Below are positions 31,001 through 39,686 of a stretch of DNA of 64,000 bases, in pieces; within the stretch, counting starts at the first letter, position 1, and every line of letters starts with the position of its first letter. The notes beneath the pieces are model-generated. The model was given only the letters and a program-made list of their open reading frames with translations, had not been told where the DNA came from and made no database searches. Origin of the DNA: Bacteroidales bacterium (GTDB lineage Bacteria; Bacteroidota; Bacteroidia; Bacteroidales; UBA4417); assembly GCA_038249705.1 (NCBI GenBank), contig JBBSDC010000002.1, forward strand, positions 1,442 through 65,441. The letters run 5' to 3'. The position numbers and the translations under genes are program-made.

Positions 31001-34000
31001 ACAGCAGTAGTTGCATTCACTACACAACCATTGGCATCAGTTACTATAACTGTATAAGTTCCGGCAGTCAGATTTGTTGCCGTAGCAGTAGTTTGGGCCG
31101 GAATTGTATTCCATAAATAGGTATAATCTGGAGTTCCGCCTGAGGCTGTAACGGTAGCATAACCAGTTGAACCTCCTGTGCAGATCACAAATGTTTGATC
31201 TGATATTGTAGCAGTTAAAATGTCAGACTCGGTAACATCAATTGTATCAGTAACCGGACCACAACCATTGGCGTCAATAACACTATAAATATATCCATTC
31301 CCGGCAGGTATTGACGTGAAAACACCATTCCCTATCTGAGTTACACCATTAAAAGTAAACGAATACGGAGCTGTACCACCGTTTGCTTCTATAGTTACGG
31401 TAGCAGTACCTCCTGCACAAAGTATAGGGGTCGAAACACCGGCAGACATCAGGATAGGTGTAGGACCTGTGATATCAAGAGTATCACTGACAGGGCCACA
31501 GCTATTGGCATCGTTAACGTTCCAGATATAACCGGTGCCAGGCACTATAGATAAAAATACACCGTTACCGATTTGAGTAACGCCATTGAAGGTGTATGTA
31601 TAAGGTGCTGTTCCTCCACTTGCCAAAAGTATAACTGTAGCAGTATCGTTGCCGCAGGGAGGATTGTTGGTGTAAGAAGCTATAACTTTAAGCGAGTCCG
31701 GCTCTGAAACATCTGTAAATCCGGTTGCCGGCCCACATCCGTTAGCGTCAAACACACTCCAGGCATAACCGGTTCCGGCCAGAATACCTGTAAAAACTCC
31801 ATTTCCAATCTGGGTTATTCCGTTAAAGGTAAATGTATATGGTGTTGCGCCATCGAAAGCATTAATTGTAACTGTCGCAGTTTCTCCGGCACATAGTATC
31901 GGACTGGTAACAGAAACAACTGCGGCAGGAATTGCTGGCGTTGTAACATCGAGTGTATCAGATACAGGTCCGCAGCCATTGGCATCAATTACACTCCATA
32001 TATACCCGGTTCCGGCAGGAATACCTGTGAAAATTCCATTTCCTACCTGTACTACACCATTAAAAGTATAAGTATATGGTATGGTTCCACCGCTGGCCAA
32101 TATAATAACCGAAGCTGTTCCTCCTATGCATGGAGCTGGATTCAGAATTATAGCAGTTGCAAGTATTGTGGCAGATCCGGTAATGTTGAGAGTATCTGTT
32201 ACGGGCAGGCATCCGTTAGCATCAGTAACACTCCATATATAGCCTGTTCCAACAGGTATCGATGCAAAAACACCATTCCCTGCCTGGGTTACACCGTTAA
32301 AAGTATAGATATATGGGCTTGTGCCACCACTTGCCACAAGGGTAACTGTTGCAGTTCCGCTGTTGCATGGGGGATTGTTAACAAAAGTAGCTGATGCAGT
32401 AAGAATGGCTGGCTCAGTTATATCAATTGTATTGGTTACTGGTCCGCATCCGTTGGCATCCGTAACACTCCATATATATCCGGTTCCGGCAGTAACAGTG
32501 GTGAAAACGCTGTCGCCAACCTGAGTTATACCATTAAAAGTATATGTATACGGAGCTGTTCCGTTGGCAGCATTTATAGAGACTGTTGCAGTTCCACCGG
32601 CACAAAGTACAGGACTTGTGATTGAAGCTGTTGCTGAAGGAATGGGAGGTGCTATCACATCAAGTGTGTCTGTAACAGGGTCGCATCCACCGGCATCAGT
32701 TACACTCCAGATATACCCGGTTCCAGCCGGAATACCTGTAAAAATACCGTTACCAACCTGAGTTACGCCATTAAAAACATATGTGAAAGGTGGGGTTCCT
32801 CCGGTTGCCTGTATACCCACAATAGCTGTTCCACCTATACATGGGGTTGGAAGCAATATGATAGCATTAGCTGTAAATGCATTAGTTTCGGTAACATTGA
32901 TAGTTGAAGATACCGGGCCACATCCATTTGCATCATCAACGCTCCAACTATAGCCGGTTCCGGCAGGGATACCTGTAAATATTCCATTACCAATTTGTGT
33001 AACTCCGTTGAAGGTAAACGAATAGGGTGCTGTACCTCCAATAACCACAATTGTGACTGTGGCTGTACCACCTATACAAGCTATAGGTGTAGTAACTGAT
33101 GCAGATGCTGCAATTGGGTTTGATCCTATAACATTAAGAGTTCCGGTAACAGGGCCACAACCATTTGCATCAACAACACTCCAGGTATAAGAGCTTCCAG
33201 CCGGAATGCCCGTAAAAATGCTATCCCCTATTTGTGTTATTCCATTAAAAGTATATGTAAAAGGAGCAATCCCGCTGGTAGTAGTAAAAGTGATAGTTGC
33301 GGTTTCGCCAAAACAAAGTATCGAAGTTGTTACAAAGGGTTCTACTACCGGTAAAGGAGGTTCGGTAACATCTATTGTTGAGCCTACCGGACCGCAGCCA
33401 TTGGCATCGGTTACACTCCAGGCATAACCGGTACCTGCTGGAATTCCGGTGAAAACGCCATTTCCAACCTGGGTTATTCCGTTGAAAGTAAAAGTGTAAG
33501 GCTCGGCTCCACCTGCTGCCAAAATGGTTACGGTTACTGTTCCACCGGCGCAGAGCATCGGCACTGTAACTGAGGCTGTTGCTGCAGGAATCGGAGGTTC
33601 ACTAACCGGAAGATTTCCGGTTACGGTACATCCATTGGCGTCGGTTACACTCCAGGCAATTGTATCGGCAGTTACGCCTGTAAAAATACCATTTCCTATT
33701 TGCATAACACCATTTAGTGTATATGTTAAAGGTGCTGTTCCGCCACTTGCTGAAATAAAAATAATAGCTGATCCGCCAATACAAGGTATTGGAAGTAAAA
33801 CGAGTGCATTAGCTGTTATAGCCGCAGGTTCATTTACACTGAGTGTATCGCCTACTGGTCCGCAGCCATTAACATCGGTCACACTCCATGTATATGCATT
33901 GCCGGCTGGGACTCCAGTAAAAACACCATTTCCAATTTGAGTTATTCCGTTAAAAGTAAATGTGTAAGGAGCTGTTCCTCCAGTGGGAAGTATAGTAACG

Positions 34001-37000
34001 GTTGCGAAATCGCCTCCACAAAGTATCGGGCTTGTAATACTTGCTGTTGCTGCAAGAAGCGCCGCACCGGTTATATCCAGAGTTGAGGCAACAGGGCCAC
34101 AGTTATTTGCATCATCAACGTTCCAGGCATATCCTGTTCCGGGAGCGACAGGAGTAAATACACCGTTCCCGATCTGGGTTACGCCGTTAAAAGTATATGT
34201 ATAAGGTGCTGTTCCTCCAATTACCTGAAAAGTAACTGTTGCTGTATCGTTTCCACATGGACCGATGTTGACATATGATACTGATACTGCTAATAAAGGT
34301 GGTTCTGTTACATTTAATATACCTGTTACCGGACCACAACCACTAGCATCAATTACGCTCCAAACATAACCTGTCCCGGCTGTAACTCCGGAGAAAACGC
34401 CATTGTTAACCTGTGTAACCCCATTAAAAGTAAAGGTATAGGGAGGTGTTCCGAAATCGGCCAGAATTGTCACAGTAGCAAGTCCACCGGCACAAAGTAT
34501 CGGACTAGTTACTGATGCTGATGCTGAAGGAATTTGTGGCTCAGTTACATCAAGGATTCCGGAATCAGGGTTACATCCGTTTGCATCAGTAACACTCCAC
34601 ACATATCCTGTTCCGGCAGGAATACCAGTAAAAATACCATTTCCTACCTGAGTTACACCATTAAATGTGAAACTATAAGGAAGTGTTCCGCCTGTAGCCG
34701 TAACAATAACAATAGCTGTAGCACCTATACAAGGTGGAGGAAGCAAAACTAGAGCAGCTCCGGCAATTGAATCAGGTTCAGGAACAATCAGCGATCCTGT
34801 TTCAGGGCCGCAACCATTGCTGTCAGTAACACTCCATGTATATCCGTTACCGGCAGCTATGGATGTAAAAACACCATCGCCTACCTGCGTAACTCCATTA
34901 AAAACAAAGGTATAAGGTGCAGTTCCGCCGGAAGCTGAAACTGTAATAGTTGCAGAGTCACCCGCACATGGGATAGGAGTAGTAACTGCAACATTTACAA
35001 TAAGTGGAGGAAGTTCAATTATTACAGCATCTGCAGTAACAGGTCCGCATCCATTGGCATCCGTAACAGAAACTGTATAAGTTCCTGCACTTAATCCGGT
35101 TATTGCAGGAGTTGTTTGAACCGGAACAGTGTTCCAAACATAGGAATAAGGGGGAACACCGCCTGTTGCCTGCGCTGTAGCGCTTCCTGTACTTAGGCCG
35201 GCACAAATAATAGTATCATTAACTGTAACCTGAACAAAAACAGCTGAATCTGGTTCGGAAATATTCACGGTTAACGTATCGGTACAGCCATTTGCATCAA
35301 TTGCGATAAGGGTATAAGTTGCAGCTGCAAGATTTGGGAATAAAGTTCCTGACTGCAGTGCTCCTCCATTTATACTAAACTGATAAGCTGGTGTGCCCCC
35401 GTTTGCTGCAACTGTAATTGAACCGGTTGCTTCGCCTAAACAGGCAACATTAACAGTATCAATCACTGAGAGGATAAGTGGATTTGAGGGTTGCAACACA
35501 ATTGCTGTGGCAGAATCAGAGCAGCCGTCTGCATCAGTTACTACTACGGTATAGGTTCCGGCAAGAAGATTCAGTATCGTCTGCGAAGTTTGAACCGGGA
35601 AAGTATTCCATACAAAAGTGAATGGTGGCGATCCTCCGGTAACCGAAACAGTAGCTGAACCATCATCACCCCCGAAACAACTAACCGGAGTGCTTGATGT
35701 ATTAACAATCATCGGATCTTGCCTGATAACTTCAACAAGCTGTTCACATGCATATGAGTTACCATTTATATCAACAACAGTCCATAAAACTGGTGTTACT
35801 CCAGCCGGAAACTGAGCCGGTGCATCGCTGGTGAGACTGAATATTCCACAGTTGTCATCAACTAGCACTGGTGGACCAAGCGCTATAGTATCGGTTAAGG
35901 ATGCACAGTTTGGTATTAAAAATGTAGCATCATCCGGACAAATCATGGAAGGATTTTCGCTGTCGTACACAGTAACTGTATAACTGCAGGTATCCGATAA
36001 TCCTTCAGCATCAACAACCATATACGTAATAGTTGAAACTCCGGTAACAAAATCATAATTGGAGAGATAATTGATTCCCGTGGGTGGCGATACAGCTGTA
36101 TTAGCACCTGTCATGCTCCAGGTGAGGGAAACAATATTCCCATCCTGATCAAATATGGTGGCAGCCAGATCGTCAACCTGGGCCCCGCAAACAGTAATAT
36201 CTGATCCTGATGTAATATTTCCCGGACAGCTGACTGTTGGCGCATAACTTACCGGTAAAATAGTAATATTCACTATTGCAGTATCACAACTTCCCGAAGC
36301 ATCACATACTTGGTAAATAAAACTGTCATTCCCGTTTACATTCGGGTTTGGGGTATAGGTCACTGTTCCATCAGGATTTAAAACCACATTACCTTGTGAT
36401 GGCAAAGAAACAACTGATACAGGCGTTCCTGCCAAAGGCCCGTTGCAGCCGTAATAATCATTTACTAAAACAGGAATAATTACTGGTGTATTTTCTTCAA
36501 TTGTAACAGCATTCGGTCGGGCAAGTGGCCCATCATAAGCTACAACCTGAAAATTATCAATAAACAAGCGCCCATCACCTGCACCTCCGGCTCCATTGCT
36601 GGCGAATAAACGAATAAAAAGTTCAGAACGGTTATTAATCAAATCTACTGTCGACCAATCAACTACTTTTTCATACCATGTTCCTGATGAAAGTAAGGTC
36701 ATGGAACCGTTAACTGTATAGCTAAAAGGATCAGTACTATATGAAAAATTAATGGTTTGAGCAGCACGGTTTCCTCTCCGGGCCTGCACATAGAGTTTAA
36801 ACTTGCGGTATTTGTATAAACTATCACCACTCAGATGAAACTGAAAATAACGTTGATTGGTAAAGTTCGATGGATCCATGTATATAGCAGGAACTCCAAT
36901 AACATTATTAACATACGCCAGGGCGCCGGATGAAATGCCTTGACTAAGATCAATAAAAAACGGTTCAGAAGAGGTTGCTTCACAAGTAATTCCCGATGCA

Positions 37001-37896
37001 CTTTGGTTCGGACTTATCGGATATGCGGTGGCTCCAACAAAATTATAATTCACCAGAAGTATACCCGCCGTTATTGAAACTGTTTGATTACAGGAACTGA
37101 TATTCCCGTTCAAATCAGTAACTGACCATGCGATTGTAGTAAGGCCTGAGGGATAAGGATCGGTGACAGCAAGCCCGTCGCTCCTGATGCCTGTAAGCGA
37201 GCCCGGAACAATTCCACAATTATCGCTAACTGTTGGGGGTACTATTAATATGTTGGCAGTGCAACTATTTTCGGCATAGGTAGCCTTAATATTTGCCGCA
37301 CATGTTAACACCGGCATTTGTGTATCAGTAACTGTTACTACAAAATTGCAAGTCACGGTATTTCCTGCTGCATCAGTAACAATATAAAACATTGTAGTAT
37401 TTCCTGAATTAAAAGTATATGCATTCGGATTATTAATGCCGGTTGCAGGTGACGAAGCGTTTGTTGCGCCAGCCATGGCCCATGTAATGGAAACAATATC
37501 ATTGTCGGGATCGGAATAGATAAGGGCAATGCCACTAACAAGTGCAGTACATAATCCTGGTTCGGCTACAGCAGACTTATTTCCCGGACATGTGATAACC
37601 GGTGGTGCCGGAAGTGCGCCCGAAAAAACAGAATAAGGTTGAGAAACTGAATTCGATAACCATTGTTTTGATAAACCAGCGAAGGCAAAATGATATCTGT
37701 GAAATGAATTTGCTTTATATGCAGCCATATCATCAGATGAAGTGCCGGCCCCCACAATTGCCGGGTCTGGTGAGTTTAATGCTTTGGCATACAAAAACGG
37801 ATTTGCCGTTGAAGAATTATAAAACAAGAAAGACATCAGTAGAAAAATCATTCCGAATGCCTTCGCAAAGATCCGGATATATAAAGATTTTTTCAT
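28057..37896 (-). CDS. Giant repeat-built cell-surface adhesin with a T9SS type-B C-terminal sorting domain (about 3279-3289 aa)
   Basis: One 9.9-kb ORF. In ORF-track numbering: signal peptide; HYR-like pair (aa 107-286); unassigned module (288-465); cadherin/Ig-like domain (468-557); second HYR-like pair (562-733). Then 21 SprB-type Cys-containing repeats (737-2319), 9 AGxD..C PKD-like modules (2320-3102), a second cadherin-like domain, and the CTD. The start is probably ATG 37896 ([10 protein letters not shown]...); the ORF-track start is 37926. Confidence 0.9.
   Translation of the reverse strand: [3279 protein letters not shown]
28060..28344 (-). other. T9SS type-B (gliding-motility-associated, CHU_C-type) C-terminal sorting domain
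   Basis: The last 95 aa read [43 protein letters not shown]...[38 protein letters not shown]. This fits the NGDGxND...NRWG...WDG...GTYFY pattern of type-B CTDs. Confidence 0.85.
28621..30444 (-). repeat. Seven AGxD..C modules alternating between two subtypes (88/86/88/86/88/90/82 aa)
   Basis: Unit boundaries were counted from the translated ORF. The first unit, [10 protein letters not shown], starts at complement 30444. Subtype A carries [13 protein letters not shown].YTPS. Subtype B carries ITxATAQxF..WTT.G.GTLT..T.NP.Y.P..GESG. Confidence 0.85.
31126..34914 (-). repeat. Tandem array of 16 SprB-type FNGVTQ repeats, 237-bp (79-aa) period
   Basis: Each unit reads (Y/F)xFTFNGVTQ(V/I)GNG(V/I)[23 protein letters not shown]...C.GG.A.V.I...GGTAP. 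Fourteen of 16 units are exactly 79 aa, one is 77 and one is 80. The first Tyr codon is at complement 34912-34914. Confidence 0.95.
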
Positions 37897-37930
37897 GTTA
37901 GTATTTATTTTAAGGTCATATGTCATTCGC

Positions 37931-37938
37931 CAAAATTG
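37931..37938 (-). promoter_or_regulatory. Possible -7-like box (CAATTTTG, one mismatch) upstream of the giant adhesin gene
   Basis: The plus strand reads caaaattg. If used, transcription would start near 37925, which excludes ATG 37926 and favours ATG 37896. The match is weak (7 of 8). Confidence 0.25.
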
Positions 37939-38536
37939 AGAACATTATTAGTTTGATCAGGTGTTGTTACAATGTCAGCGTTTTCATATTATTATCACTT
38001 TTTTCATTAAAAATCCAAAAACTGTAATTAAATGCCCGGTATTTATCCGGATCGATATATTTCATACTCTTCAATATTGCAGGCTAGCGAGTTATGATTA
38101 TGCTGAAATATCATCGGTTAAACGTTTTCTCTAACTGACTTTAAATCATAGTGCAAGTTATTACAAAAAAAAGCCAGCATTAGGTGAGCGGAAATAAGTT
38201 ATTAAACGATTTATTAACAATCATATATCTGTATATCAATTAATTAGATGCTTTTTAAAGACCCTCGATTTGAGGCCACTAACTTAGGTGAACTGCATAT
38301 TTTAATATAAGATCATCGGAACATTTATCAAAGCGAAGTAAAAAAAGATAATTAACCAACCATTGCACATACCTGTATTAGTTATTAGTTACCCGGATAT
38401 AAAAATCAAATCCGGCTGAATATAAATCATCATTAAATCCCATATTTGAAAGGGGCCTTTATATCCGAATAAGTTAAAAAAAAATAAATATTACAATGGT
38501 TCTAACCTGAAGTATTGGATAAAACAGAAAATTCAC

Positions 38537-38544
38537 TACATTTG
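38537..38544 (+). promoter_or_regulatory. Putative -7 promoter box (TACATTTG) for the OmpA-like lipoprotein gene
   Basis: Exact TAnnTTTG match 124 nt upstream of ATG 38668. Confidence 0.35.
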
Positions 38545-38667
38545 CATTAATAAAAAAATCATATTATCAAAAACAAACTAAAAATATATCGTAAACTGCA
38601 TAAAATCTACAATACAAGCGGTGATTCCGATTAAAATTCATTTAATTCCTAATAAAAATCAAATGTT

Positions 38668-39534
38668 ATGAAAACAAAACTCTTTTTAGCTTTAGGGCTT
38701 ACAGTTATTATGCTGGGATCCTCCTGCGTTAGTCAGAAAAAATACAAGGCACAGGTTGCCAGTTTCGAAACATTGAATTCGCAATATACCAAGAAACAGA
38801 ACGACCTCAATGCCTGCGAAACAGCCAAGGCCAATTACCTGAAACAGATAGAAGACCTGAACAGGCAAATTGCCGATATGAACAAGGAACAATCCTACCT
38901 GAAAAGCAACAACACAGTTGTGCTGAACCAGTTAGAAGCACTTTCAGTAATTTCGAGTTCGCAAGCTGAAAGTATTAAAAAATCGATGGACAACCTTGGC
39001 ATGAAAGATGCTTACATCCAGGGGTTGCAAACATCACTTGCTCAAAAAGATTCGCTGAATATGGCCTTGGTTATGAATCTTAAAGGCGCTATCGGTAACA
39101 TGGAAGATCAGGATATCAATATAAAAGTTGATAAAGGGGTTGTATTTATCGATATTTCTGATAAACTTTTATTTAAAAGCGGGAGCTACGTTGTAACCGA
39201 TAAAGCTAAGGAGGTGCTCGGAAAAGTAGCATTGGTTCTGAAAAATCAACCAAATATGGAATTTATGGTTGAAGGACATACGGATAATGTTCCTTTCAAA
39301 CGCGGCGATCTGGTTGACAACTGGGATTTAAGCGTAAAACGTTCAACCACCATTGTTCGTCTTCTTCAAACACAATACGGTCTTGATCCTGCATCAATTA
39401 TTGCAGCCGGACGCAGTGAATATCAGCCATTGGCTTCGAACAGCACTTCAGAAGGAAAAGCAGCAAACCGTCGTACCCGTATCGTTATTCTCCCGCAGCT
39501 CGACCAGTTCTTTAAACTTCTCGAAAAGAAATAA
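38668..39534 (+). CDS. OmpA/MotB-domain lipoprotein with an N-terminal coiled coil
   Basis: Lipobox LGSSC, a heptad-rich region (aa ~25-130), and a C-terminal OmpA-like domain (EGHTDNVPF...NWDLSVKRSTTIVRLL...AAGRSEYQP...NRRTRIVI). Confidence 0.8.
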   Translation: MKTKLFLALGLTVIMLGSSCVSQKKYKAQVASFETLNSQYTKKQNDLNACETAKANYLKQIEDLNRQIADMNKEQSYLKSNNTVVLNQLEALSVISSSQAESIKKSMDNLGMKDAYIQGLQTSLAQKDSLNMALVMNLKGAIGNMEDQDINIKVDKGVVFIDISDKLLFKSGSYVVTDKAKEVLGKVALVLKNQPNMEFMVEGHTDNVPFKRGDLVDNWDLSVKRSTTIVRLLQTQYGLDPASIIAAGRSEYQPLASNSTSEGKAANRRTRIVILPQLDQFFKLLEKK

Positions 39535-39585
39535 TCCCCGGCTTCGTGGTTACTATTTTCATTGTAACCGGAACTCGTGAAATTA

Positions 39586-39642
39586 AAAATCCCGGAGTAT
39601 ATCTGTCTTTTATCTGACAGAGATAAGCTCCGGGATTTTTTT
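39586..39642. terminator. Bidirectional terminator between the convergent OmpA-lipoprotein and arsM-like genes
   Basis: Outer stem AAAAATCCCGGAG (39586-39598) / CTCCGGGATTTTT (39628-39640) encloses an imperfect inner stem. An A-run precedes it and a T-run follows, so it can act on both strands. Confidence 0.75.
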
Positions 39643-39686
39643 GCATCCAAACTATCCGGTTTTGCTAAAGAACTATTTTCCGGCTA

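Noticed and set aside
32321-34204. Series of similar plus-strand ORFs (65-138 aa) with recurring motifs such as TGP(H/Q)PLASVTL(H/Q)(I/A)YPVPAG
   Set aside because: They are the antisense reading of the 237-bp coding repeats of the giant adhesin. Their similarity to one another just mirrors the sense-strand repeat, and they have no promoters or starts of their own.
31126-34914. Regular 237-bp tandem periodicity that could suggest a CRISPR or satellite array
   Set aside because: There is no repeat/spacer alternation. The whole array is one open reading frame with conserved protein motifs, so it is a coding repeat.
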